Origin: Eledone cirrhosa
Lineage: Eukaryota
NCBI GenBank assembly: GCA_964016885.1
Contig: OZ024740.1
Span: 191,456,001 to 191,520,000, forward strand
DNA: 64,000 nucleotides
Direction of reading: 5' to 3'
Shown here piece after piece: positions 51,998-64,000 of this stretch. Position 1 is the stretch's first letter. Each line of letters starts with the position of its first letter. A program made the position numbers and the translations under genes. Under the pieces are notes generated by a model that made no database searches, had not been told where the DNA came from, and saw only the letters and a program-made list of their open reading frames with translations.

Positions 51998-53120
51998 CCC
52001 TTCAGAAAAAAATCTCTGGAAACGGGGGGTAATAGAGTGGTCAGAAAATTACTCTTTCTTTCGTAACAAGCAAGAATTTCTCGGGAGGCGTTGAGAGAAA
52101 TTAACACTTGATATAGTGGTCATAGAAGATACTAACTACCTCCTCACTCAAACAACGTTTGGTTTGGGAGCTCGTGGACAGTGACCGAATAAGGTATTTA
52201 CTAGTAAAAGTAATTAGTTGACTCCTGGGTTAACTCGACCATAGGGGCGTTCGGGATAATATAATAATGAAGTACACACACATACCCATATGTATGTATG
52301 TATATATAGTGCTACTGGTAACATGTATCCCAGTACAACCTGTCCCATGGTCGGGTCGTTGGCGACTAAACTGGCAACCCTACCAAGGTGTTTTGGTGAG
52401 GAGGGTGACTTTGGACATCCTGCAGGACTAAAAACAGAACCTGTCAAAGGGCAAAGTCAATGGCCATCCAAAATCACCGGGAGAGATGACCCCTTAGCCT
52501 TTGTCAAGGCAGAATTCTAGGAGAACGAAAACTCTGATATAACACCTGCAACCCTCATGGTATCCAATGATGTTGACTTGTTCTTCTTTTTGGTAAATAT
52601 CATATTGGTTAAGAGAGTGGGACTGGCTTTGTGCAGTGCCTTTGCTCACTATAAAAGCTTCACGGCACATGCATTGCTTTATATCTGGAGATCTCTCTGC
52701 TCTTGTCGTCACACGGTACCATGGGCCCAGCACTATGTGTCAATAATTGTCGCAAGTGTAGTATTTGTACCAGAGTTTTCAAGTCGCTGGCTGGACTAAA
52801 AAGTCACACTCGTTCAGCGCATCGGTAGGGATTCTCCTACATGGATATAAAGTAGTGACCGTACTCGAAAACGAGTTGGCAGCCACCATATATATATATA
52901 CATTCTTGTTTCGATTACATATGTTTTCCTTTTAGATGTGGCACATGGTCAAAAAGACACGTGAAAGCGAATATATAGATATACACCTGCCTATATATAT
53001 ATATATATATATAACGAACGAGGTGTGGTAAGGAACCAGATGGACCATAACGCACCATAGTACTCGATACTTAGCGTGGTAGAGTGGGTAATTGGTAAAA
53101 GTTTAACTCCGACGGCATAC

Positions 53121-53173
<53 letters not shown>

Positions 53174-53175
53174 TA

Positions 53176-53544
53176 TATATACGATATTAATAAATGGAAA
53201 CTATATTTATAAAACCATATTTATTTCATTATACATATTTCAGGGATACCAAATTAAATTATGGTATGCCTTCATCAGACAAAATACAATATATAACAGT
53301 TTTACAAATAAGCTTTGAAGTACCCTATTAAAATGCAACCATTGTGTTTTGAAGTCATCCGGATGACTTCCAAAAACAATGGTTGCATTTTAATAGGGTA
53401 CGTCAAAGCTTATTTGTAAAACTGTTATATATTGTATTTTGTCTGATGAAGGCATACCATAATTTAATTTGGTATCCCTGAAATATGTATAATGAAATAC
53501 ATATGGTTTTATAAATATAGTTTCCATTTATTAATATCGTATAT
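53176..53544. repeat. Spacerless palindrome, about 185-bp arms, centre 53360/53361
   Basis: gaagtcatcc|ggatgacttc; a few mismatches between arms. Confidence 0.95.
53434..53500 (+). ncRNA. Type I hammerhead with canonical core (mirror at 53221-53287 minus)
   Basis: GTATTTTGT-CTGATGA-AGGcATACCA...TGGTATcCCT-GAAA-TATGTAT-A-ATGAAATAC. Confidence 0.75.
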
Positions 53545-53627
53545 CTACTCCAAATACTTGTCGAGTGCTTTATATCAGTTATAAAAATATTTACTTGTTG
53601 TATCCCAACAATTTTAAATAGAACTTT

Positions 53628-53668
<41 letters not shown>

Positions 53669-54900
53669 TTCTATTAAACTGTACTTTATGGGCTGGATTC
53701 ACAATGAAGACAATGATATGATATACTAATATAAATTAGAAAATATATAGACTACGTCTTTTCCTATATTAATGAGACACAATCATGCAGAAATCTGTTC
53801 ATAGATGAGGGTAAAGTTGTATTACATCATCTCGCAGTCGTTACTCACATATCTGCCACGTAGTAACGAAGAATTTATCGACTTTATATTCCATCAAATG
53901 TGTTAGAATCATTACTATTTAGTATCATCAGTATTTTCCCGTTTTCTTTATCCTCCAACCACCTCATCATCATTATCCTCGTCAATATAATATATTATCT
54001 AATAACTAAATTATTTTAATATGAAAAAGACCTAATAAAATGGACTGTAACAATGCTAATTTATTAATACTGTACCCATTGTGCAGTTTCAGTTAAACAT
54101 TAAGTTGAATATCATGATGTCTCTATCGTATTGTTGCCCCTTTCCTTTTAGGGGTGGGTGGGGTTATCAATTATATTCAATCTTTACTTATTTTATTTTT
54201 ATACCTTTCATTTAAAATACTAGCCACTTAATTTTAATCAAGAAACGTGTTTACATTACAAAGTGTAGACATAAAAAGATTTGCAATTTGAATTGAAGAG
54301 TCAATTCATGGTCGAATGTTCTATTAAAAATCAGAAAATGGTATTTTCTATTCAATAGACATATGTTATTTAAATATGATGTATATTGTTTAAAGATAGA
54401 ATTATTTCAAATGGTAAATGTATCTTCTGATTTTGTATAAATCTATTTCATTTATTGAAATGGCCATTCCAACAAATATTGAATTCAGTTTATTAAGTAT
54501 TGTGAAAATATCGGATAAATAATTAAAGCATTTTTTCTAACGTTTCTTTTAAATTTTCTTCATACGTGTTGCTATTTTAGTGCTACATTCTCGAAATTGA
54601 TTGAACAGCTAAATAAATTTAGATGCCAAAATGAATACTATTTGTAATTCCATAGAAAACAAATTGCCGCTTATGCTCAGCAGTTGGCCATTGAATTATT
54701 TTTGGTTTTCGCTGCGTTTTTCTTGGGTTCTGCATTCATTTACATACATTTACATAAACGTGTTTAAATGCAAGATAGGATAATTTGGAATTTATTCTTA
54801 TATTTTAAGAAAATTATTCGCTGTAATTTTAGTAGCCATATTGTACCAAAGAATAGAGTCGTCTTAGTATACACAAAAATTAAAAATAACTTCCATTATT

Positions 54901-55090
54901 CGGTGGATTGACAGTATCAGTAGAGGGTCGGACGCCTTGCTTTGCAGCAAAGAGTTACGGCCCTTTCTGCTCTGAGTTCAAATCCAGCCGAGTTTAACTT
55001 TGCCTTCCATCCTTACAGGGTTGATAAAATAAGGTACCATTCATGTACTGGATAATTGCTGGCCTTGTGCCAAAAGTTTTACAATTATTT
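54901..55090 (+). mobile_element. tRNA-derived SINE
   Basis: Same family as 43155-43342. Confidence 0.85.
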
Positions 55091-55345
55091 TATTTTTCAA
55101 TGGTGATAATGGTAGCGACGTGTTTCAATTAATTTTACTATCGATCCCACTCCCACCAAATCTTTAAAATATATGTTGTATGCAAAGTGATAAATGCGAT
55201 GTTGATGATACCATTTGCGCTTAAAAATTCAAGGGAAATGTTTCACGAAATATTTATCTGTATAGGATATACAGGAAAAAAGGAGTTAAGCATACTCATA
55301 GAAATGCATTGGAGTCGTATATAGTGTATATCTATACACACACAC

Positions 55346-55428
<83 letters not shown>

Positions 55429-56024
55429 TGAGTATGTGTGTGTATAAAAATGTGGGAAATCCTGAAAACAGAAGTGTAGACATGAACAGAGATTTAGGGA
55501 ATCTGGTAAAAAAAAAGACCTATACACGTAGAAGACGTGGTTATCTTCTGCTATATAGAATCGAACTCTTTCTTTTAACTCAATGGTGTTGAACCCACAG
55601 TTGGAATTTGGATGAGAGTTCAAATCTCTGTAATGGGTACTGAACACCTTTTTCGTCTATATAAGTATTTTACCTGATTTTCTAAAGCAAATTTTTCTAC
55701 TATTTACCAATGTTTGACATTATCCACATTTCTGAAAAGTTTAACTCACTCAAAGCTTTAATTTTCATTTACAATACACACACATACTCTCTCTCACAAT
55801 ATATATATATACAGTTTAAGTATATGATTACAGTTTAAGTAAATAATGCTTACTTTCACTCATAAATGTTTTGAATATATATATATACATATATATTCAA
55901 AAGTGTCTTTAAATCACTAACTCTTTCTCACACACACGCGCACACATTTCTATTGAGATAGAGAGAAAGCGCGTATGCGTTAAAAAAATACATTGATTTA
56001 TCTTGGAACACTGCGATAATATAT

Positions 56025-56215
56025 AATAATTGTTTCTACTTTTGGCACAAGGCCAACACTTAACTCAGTGTATTACTGGTACTTTATGTTATGGACCCCG
56101 TAAGGATGAAAGGCAAAGTTAACCTCAGCGGGATTTGAACTCAGACCATAAAGGGTCATAACGCTTTGCTGCAAACATGGCGTCAGACCCTCTACCGATA
56201 CTGTCAATCCACCGA
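56025..56215 (-). mobile_element. tRNA-derived SINE
   Basis: Same family as 43155-43342. Confidence 0.85.
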
Positions 56216-56722
56216 TATATTATGATAATGAAATTCAAATTTATTTCGACTTTTACACAGATCCAATGTAGATATGACATTTGAAGCTAGCAAGAAGGTG
56301 TTTTCTAATATTCATTTTGGATAATTGTATACTTTATCTGCATCACGAAGTATTTAACTATCGGTTGGAGGAAGCTTACTCTGTAAATGTATTTTCCATT
56401 TAGTTCAGCATATATCTTGCACTTAAACTAAGCATTGCCATTACTACATTTTATTATTACTTTAATAGATTGAAATATTTGTGTTTCAAATAACATGAAT
56501 ATTGCATATGTTTGGAATGTTGAGGTATGAAATCTTGCAGTTGGCGTATTGCAGATTTAACACTTAACTTATTTGTATAAGTGGTTACATTCTTATTATA
56601 CACGTTCATTCGAAATGCTAAAAATAGCCGCCAGCCAAAACTTACATTTACTTGTATATCTCTAATTTAAAGTTGTGGACGAACATATTTCAACTTACAT
56701 CGCGTTCCAACTTTATTACAAA

Positions 56723-57080
56723 CACTACTATATTAATATGAATTAGAGAAAAAACGCATTATCATATATACGTCACAGTTTTCCAAATCCTCTTTAATGA
56801 AATTTCTAGACGGAAACTATTTTGAAGCTGATAAGAATGATCGTGTTTTTTTTTTGTTTTGTTTTTTTCTGTAGCACAGCAGCCGATTTTGAGACTATCT
56901 TACACTACTAAATTAATATAAATTAGAGAAAAAATGCATTATCATTTCGACGTCACAGTTTTCCAAATCCTCGTTAATGAAATTTCTAGACGGAAACTAT
57001 TTTGAAGCTGCTAAGAATGATCGTGTTTTTCTTTTGTTCTTTTTTTCTGTGGCACAGCAGCCCATTTTGAGCCTATTTTA
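56723..57080 (+). repeat. Tandem duplication, period about 180 bp
   Basis: cactacta...gcacagcagcc occurs twice. Confidence 0.92.
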
Positions 57081-58040
57081 TCTGTGCGGTTTTGTTGCTG
57101 TTTTGATGGGATTTTGTTGCGGTTAACTTACTGGTCTGAAAAGAACCCCTCCATTCATCTCACAAGTTAAGAAGGCCTTGAAATGGAACTTCAGTGCTGA
57201 TCTTCCTGCTACATCTAATCCATTTAACAGTATGCTTGAATGTATTGAACAGCTTCGGTTCAGCACAATTTCTCTGCAATCACCACGGTAATTTGTTATC
57301 TCAATATGATATTCTACAACATAAAAGCAGATTGATTTCAATATTTCTCACCACATCATTAGTCATATAATTCTGTTATAATACTCTAAATGTAAGATGA
57401 GGAATAACACTAACTATGATGTAGTTTTTCTAGATGCATCTATATATGCAAGCATGGCATAAATCCTTCTTTCTCACCACTAATCCATAACGCACAGAAC
57501 CTTTCCCATCAACCGATTAACTGAAATAGTAGAATAGAGGCTATTGTTACCTCCTCAGGCGTTCACTGTAACCAACACTGAAATATCTTCATAGGTTGGA
57601 GGAGAACGACAAGTAAATAAATTACAAAATGGAAATGTTCAATGTATATAGGCTGGCGGGATTGTTCCCTTGGAAACTCTCCAAATAGTTGTTCTGTGAG
57701 AAATAGCAGTACAGCATTTCAAAAATCAAACCCGTTCGACCTTCCTGAAGACGAAATTATACTATGGTAATGACTGAAAATACATTTAGCAAAATTGAGA
57801 ATAGCCGACATGTATTAATGACACATATCTTCTATTTTAGGCCACTCCGTTCTGAATGCGGATTTCTCCTTCCATTTTGTATTTTTTTCTCCGAAGGTTT
57901 TCATGTGTAAGTTGATTCCTCTTCCTTACTTCACATTAAAATAAACAAAAACAATTAAGTTTACTTCGAGTCAACGATATATGTATTATGTGTATTTCAT
58001 CTACATGGTAAAATTAACAGCTAATTGTCCTGCACATTGA

Positions 58041-58123
<83 letters not shown>

Positions 58124-58127
<4 letters not shown>

Positions 58128-59060
58128 GAACACCGTGGATAACACTCTCTGGTGGTGTCCAGCAGAAGCAAGGGATAAAACCGTCTATGCATTTCAGGCT
58201 TGACTGGCCTTCGTCAGGACGGTCCCTCCCACAGCTTGCTGGACTTGAAAACAGTCGTGAATATAGTCTTCTCGTCTGTGTAAATGAGGTGATTAATCTC
58301 ATTTGCATTTGAAGCTGCATAGCAACGGCTCCCTAAAACCGTATTTCTTTAAAAATACGAAATGTCTATACATAATATATAAAGCTATGCATGAAGCGAA
58401 ATCATATTTCTTTTCTATTATAAGTTGAGCCAACTTATGCAGCTTCAAATGCAGATGAGATTAATCACCTCATTTACACAAAGGGGAAAACTATATTTCC
58501 CTGAGTGTTTTAAAGTCCAGCATCAGCAAGCGGTAGGAGGGACCGTCCAGAAGAAGGCCAATCAAGCCTGAAATGCATAGACGGTTGTCCCCCTTACTTC
58601 AGCTCGGCAACACTAGAGGGCGTTAGCTCCGGTGTTTGCATAGCTACAGCTTCCTAAAACGGTATTTCTTTAGAAATACGGAATATCTATACATATTGTA
58701 TGAAGCTATGCTTGAACCGGAATCTTATTTCTTCTCTATTATAAGTTGAGCCAACTTATGCAGCTTCATATGCAAATGAGATTAATCACCTCATTTACAC
58801 AGAGGAGAAACCTATATTTTTTCGACTGTTTTCAAGTACAGCTGTAACAAGCGTTGGGAGGGACTGTTCTAACGGAGGCCAGTCAAGCCTGAAATGCATA
58901 GACGGTTTTACCCCTTGCTTCTGCTGGACACCACTACAGAGCGTTAGCCCCGATTTTGCATGGCTACGGCTTCCTAAAACCATATTACATTAGAAATACG
59001 AAATTTCTATACATATTATAATATTATATAAAGCTATGGTTGAAGAGAAATCTTATTCCT
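58124..59060. mobile_element. Retrozyme-like array: about 2.3 tandem 321-bp units (+) plus an inverted partial unit (58124-58321)
   Basis: Units start near 58317, 58638 and 58958; HHR motifs at 58542-58585, 58863-58906 and 58180-58223 (minus); (TA)n on both flanks; no ORF. Confidence 0.85.
58180..58223 (-). ncRNA. Canonical minimal type I hammerhead ribozyme
   Basis: ACCGTC-CTGACGA-AGGC-cagtcaa-GCCT-GAAA-TGCA-TA-GACGGT: full core, 6-bp stem I, 4-bp stem II, palindromic stem III ATGCAT. Confidence 0.9.
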
Positions 59061-59173
<113 letters not shown>

Positions 59174-61009
59174 TCTAACACGCTTGTTGCTGTTTTCATA
59201 TACACACACACACACATATATATGTGTGTGTGTGTGTGTCAGTATGCCTGTGTGTGACCATGTGCATGTGCTTGCGAAGAGCTTCCTGCATGAAGTGTAT
59301 CGATACAAATATATTCCACATCTTCAATAATGCAAGTTGTAAAGGAATATTCACTCAACTAAGACTGTTATCACAATTCCATGTCCGTATCACAATTGAG
59401 GAACTTTTCAAGCAATACGAAGTAAGCAAAGAAGTGAACTCCTATAGCTTCGCAACAATTCATGAGATGGAAGTCTGACTGGTAAAATTAACAGACATAT
59501 TTTGATTTTAAAAGATCTCCTCAGAAAAGCATATTCACTGAGGTAGTCGGTGAAACTATAACTGCCAAAACTAGTTAGGGAAAGAATAACATAATTTATG
59601 TAATGATTATATGAATCAACAAAGATTAAAGTGGAAAATACCTGATGGGAGTATACACTTCATGCCATTGCTATGCCATATTTTTACTACTATACTTATT
59701 TGAGCTTATTTAACATACCTGTATCTTTGAGCAAACCTGCATATATTACCTTATGTTTCGTCCATGCTGATAGGAAATATTTCATCTATGAGTTTTTTTT
59801 ATTTATCGTTCTTTTTCCCAGAGCTGAAATAGATATATATTCTCTGAAATTCTCACAAAATTTTAAATTTTGCTCTTAATATGAGCATCACCAGAATTAT
59901 TCCGTTTTACAATTCTTAAAATATTACATGACATATGTGTATATACATTTCCAATAATAGACGTTATGCATTATTCCCTTTGTAGTGTGTTAAAATGTCT
60001 TTTAATATGTTCAAATATTCATTTTTAGCGGGGTTATTAGTTCAACGCTTTTTTTCTTCCAAGCAACTGTCACTAATGGACCATATTGAGGTACTGTTTA
60101 GTATTCTGGAGGAGTAAAAATACGGCCCCAGTTAATGTGGTAAAGGCTCACATGTTTTTATGTTGATCGATGAAACCCTCTTGGGCGCACACATCAAGTG
60201 TCCAAGCTTTTCTGCCTTGAGGATATCTGTTAAACATCTATTAACACGTATGAGGGATACGACTATCGACCGACTTATTTGAAAATATTGCTCAGCCACT
60301 TTCTGGCAAGGGCGGGCAGTTTTTCTCTGATATAATTTATGAAAGGTGGTGTGTGGTTGGACATGACTGAAAGGGCTGGAGACTGACACTTTCCTCTTCA
60401 GCCAAGACCTCATCAACGTTTTCATATTCCCTTTGGAAAGGAAGCAAAGGACATGGAATGCTCCCCAGCAATATATTTGTTAAAATATAGGGGAATGTAG
60501 CGATAGAGGCTCGAGTGAATGAGCATACTCGGACAATGTGTCTGTAGGCTGGAGTGTTTAGAAAGGAGAGGAGCACCCTCCGATGCTGCACTTTGGGACT
60601 AGTTACCTTTAGGATCAGTGGGCTTCCTAGGTTACCCCTACGTGTTACTCCTATTGAGGAATTGTATGTCATTATTTTTCAATTCTATCGACCTCTTTTA
60701 TCCTTTTTATGTAAGTCACCACTGTCCATGTTGTTGTTTTTTTTTTTGTCCTTTATCTTTTACCATAGTGGTCAATAAAAAATATAATAATGATTATTAT
60801 AATCATTATGTGGGTTTATTTCGAGCACCTGCAGTCACGTGTAGGACGGATCCGACTATGAATTGAGCCATTGTGAAATTCACCCCACCATCCTCCTGTA
60901 GGGTGGAAAGACAGGCATGGTTTGTCAGTGTGGTGGCCAAAGCGAAAGAGGTTGTGTGGTGAACGCGTTTAAATGGGTTGAAGTCAGCCATTTTTCTTTT
61001 TGTTAAAAC

Positions 61010-61400
61010 CCTGATTAGCCTTTTCAGATTTCACTTGAAGAGAAAAATGAGAGTGGAGTGGAAAGTACTGCGTTCAACCAGTTTGGTGAACGGTGGGTGA
61101 GAGTAGCGAACATGGTCCGTATGAATGGGCCTGTCTTCAGCATACACCAGTAGTTTGTAGTAGAACAACTGGAAGATGGCACTTTGCCGTAGCGAACAAG
61201 GTGACCATGGATTTTGGTGTATTAGTGAGCATTATATTCTCCTCACCTTTGTGGAAGTTATAGTTTGTGTTGAACTTTTATTTTCTTAATATATTTCATA
61301 AATCTTATTTTACACAAAGAAAAACGCACACTGTATCGTCCTGTATTTTCTTTTATGTTTCCTTTATGTGAGCCCCGTGTGGCTAATAAATAAATCATTA
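61010..61400 (+). mobile_element. Tx1-like LINE 3' fragment (different subfamily)
   Basis: LFRFHLKRKMRVE matches FFKFHLKRKIRVE of copy 2; ends gtggctaataaataaatc(att)n. Confidence 0.78.
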
Positions 61401-61439
61401 TTATTATTATTATTATTATATTATTATTATTATATTTAA

Positions 61440-64000
61440 TATTATCATAGTTGCATTTATCTTGCTTTATGTTCATACAAGTTATCACCAAGTCAAAACC
61501 AGTGACCTCAAGAGACAACAAGGTCCGCCATGTTCAAGAAAGAACATACATACACACACATGCATCTTTAGGTGTTTAGACTTGTGATGTACTTATATAG
61601 ACAGATTCTTCCTTAGTATATGGGCAGTTTCCATTAGTACTATCTTTTGTATTTCTCCTATACGCGGGTTTCCTGCAATTTGCGATAAGTAATCATTAGA
61701 CCTCTTAGGTATCATTACTAGAGCGCTTAGAACCACTGGTATTGTTTTAGTTCTCAATTTCCACATTTTTCCAATTTCTATCGCCAGATCCTTATACTTG
61801 CTCAATGTTTGAAATGTGTTTATAGATACATTCTTGTCTATTGGAAAGGACATATCAATTAGCAGGCATACCCTCTTTTTAAAGTCCTTCAGTATTATAT
61901 CAGGTCTATTTGCATCTATTTTTAGGTCTGTTTGGATGCTAAAGTTCCACAAGATGAGATGTGATCTTTTTCAAGTATGGGAGGTGGCTGATGCTCCCAC
62001 CAATACTTTTGATGGGGCAGGTCAAAATGCTTACACATTATCCAACGTATGTATCGTGCAGCACTGTCATGACTGTTAGGTATTCGTTTGGAGCTATAGG
62101 ACTGCGCAGTGAAATTATATGATCAATGGTCTCTGGATATTTTTTTACATACACGGCATAATCGGTTGCATCCATTTTTCATTATGTTGGCTTGGTAATT
62201 TTTTCTTGGCAGACACTGATCTTGTGCTGACATAATCAGTCCTTCAGTCTCCAATTTCAGTCCAGAGGATGCCAACCATTGATGGATTAAAGTTTTGTCA
62301 ATATCAGGATTGTTAGCTCTTTCTGGGTATTTTTCATACAAAGGCTTTTCTTGCCATATCTTAGCCAGTTTCTGTAGCAGTTCTTTCTTTGCAGTTACTT
62401 TTACCTGCTTTTCTTTTTCTGTGTTTTCCATTTCAGCAGTAAATGGGACTTCTGAAATCTATAGTCCAATATTGTATCTTTGTACATATTTTGTAATGGA
62501 GTATGATCTGCTGATGCTTTTGTGTTTCAAAACATGTTTGATCATCCAATCATGTGATTCCCTTAGATATGTAGATAATCCAATTGTTGCAGTTTTCAAC
62601 GCAATATCTAACTGGATTAACCCACGTCCTCCTTCTTTCCTAGGGAGATATATTCTATCTGTATCTGCCTTATGGTGATGCATTCTGTGCATGGTTAAGC
62701 ATTTTCTAATCTTTGTATCGAGCCTACGGATCTTTGTGCTTGATTAATTGATGACATTGTAACTGGTATGGCAAGCGTGTTTATGGCATCGAAACTATTC
62801 CTTGCATTCAATTCCGTTCTTAAGATTACTCTTACTCTGCGGTAACAGTCCTTCCTCAACCTTTCCCTCATTGTTGAGTGCTTGATTCCGTATCCTTCAC
62901 AAACACCTAGATATTTGTAAGTTTCCTCTTGATCAAGTTCTCTTATCACTTTTCTCCAATCAAGATTAATGTCTGAACTTTTCAGCAGCTTTCCTCTTAA
63001 CTTTTCTTTGGCGCATTTATCTAGTCCAAACTCCATTTTGATGTCATCACTGAACTGTCCACATGGGATACTAGCCCTTGCAACTGTTCATCATTTTTTG
63101 CAAATAGTTATAGGTCATCCATGTAGACAAAGTGATTAATGGTTTTGTCATAGACTGTATGTTTTGGTTCATTGAGCATTTTACTTAATGGTATAAGTGC
63201 GATGCAGAATAAAAAGAGTCACTCTGAAAAATTCCACAATTAATATTAACTTCTCCAGCTTCCAGTGATTCCTTTTCACTATTCAAAAGGAGTGTCATTT
63301 TCCATGTCTTCATACTGAATGACAAGATCCTCCTGACAACGGGAGATATTTTGAAAATCTCTAAACATTTTTCAATCCAACAGTGTGGCAAACTATCGAA
63401 TGCTCTTTAATAATCTATCCAAGCAATTGACATATTTGTGTGTCTATTATCTTCCAGTATCATTTTGTTAACCAACAGCTGATCCTTATAGCCACATGAG
63501 CCTCGTTTATACCGTTTCTGCTCATTGGGAAATATATCATTTGTTATCAGGTGATCATATGTATATTCAGTTAGGACTGATGTTAAAATATTATACATTT
63601 TGGTCAAGCAAGTTATCGGTCTATAATTGTTGGGATTGCTTGATTCATCATTCTTCGGAAGTAGGAATGTAATGCAGTTAACTAGCCATGATGGTATAGT
63701 TTCCGGCTCCTTAACCATTTCATTGTTAAGTTGGGCTAACGGCTCATGTGACTCTGTGAAGACATGTATCCAAAGATTTGGTATGTTGTCTTTGCTCGGG
63801 ATTTCCATTTGCTGCATTTTTTAAGAGCTAAACGCAGATGTGCTACTGTTATATTTTTCAAGGTGAGCTGTATCTTCCATTTGTTTGTCTGCCCATGCGT
63901 CATGTATATTATGCACTTCTTCTCGGCCCAGATCTTTTCCCAGAATCCTTGCACTTCCTCCTTGGGTGGTATTGATTTAGCAGTTATTGTTGACTTGCCA
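61440..64000 (-). mobile_element. Dong/R4-like LINE (RT, CCHC, restriction-like endonuclease), decayed, runs off the window
   Basis: NYRPITCL, MSIAWIDY, HFVYMDD, FGLDKC, YKYLG, YLPRKEGGRGL, AQDQ, CRVC, TDLKIDANRPDI, KYKDL. Confidence 0.93.

Noticed and set aside
57745-57756. CTGAAGA-C-GAAA hammerhead-like boxes
   Set aside because: No stem II between the boxes and no stem I pairing.
60030-61000. Possible further LINE fragments (RT-like minus strand 60030-60500, Tx1-like 3' UTR 60500-60780, ORF1-like 60806-60991)
   Set aside because: Motifs are too degenerate to call by eye; needs BLASTX.

Overview
This is AT-rich eukaryotic DNA with no recognisable intact host gene, no rRNA/tRNA gene and no CRISPR array. 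The SINE family and the (TA)n/(CA)n/(TAA)n load suggest an octopod cephalopod (inference). Most ORFs in the track are microsatellite artefacts. The window is a mosaic of mobile elements: Penelope-like elements (PLE; GIY-YIG and RT fragments), Tx1/L1-clade LINEs, Dong/R4-like and CRE-like LINEs with restriction-like endonuclease, RTE fragments, a hATm-like DNA transposon and about 10 tRNA-derived SINEs. The most striking feature is about 11 fold-back (inverted-repeat) insertions, several with no spacer, nearly all flanked by (TA)n. Wherever orientation can be read, two retroelement 3' ends point outward and the truncated 5' ends are joined. Most arms carry minimal type I hammerhead ribozyme (HHR) motifs, many with a U3-A8 core variant. 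A 321-bp tandem retrozyme-like array with a canonical HHR lies at 58124-59060. The same tail-out geometry occurs between different families (Tx1/Dong in (TAA)n, Dong/PLE), suggesting priming from both ends of a cut microsatellite. All alignments and folds were done by eye, so boundaries are approximate.
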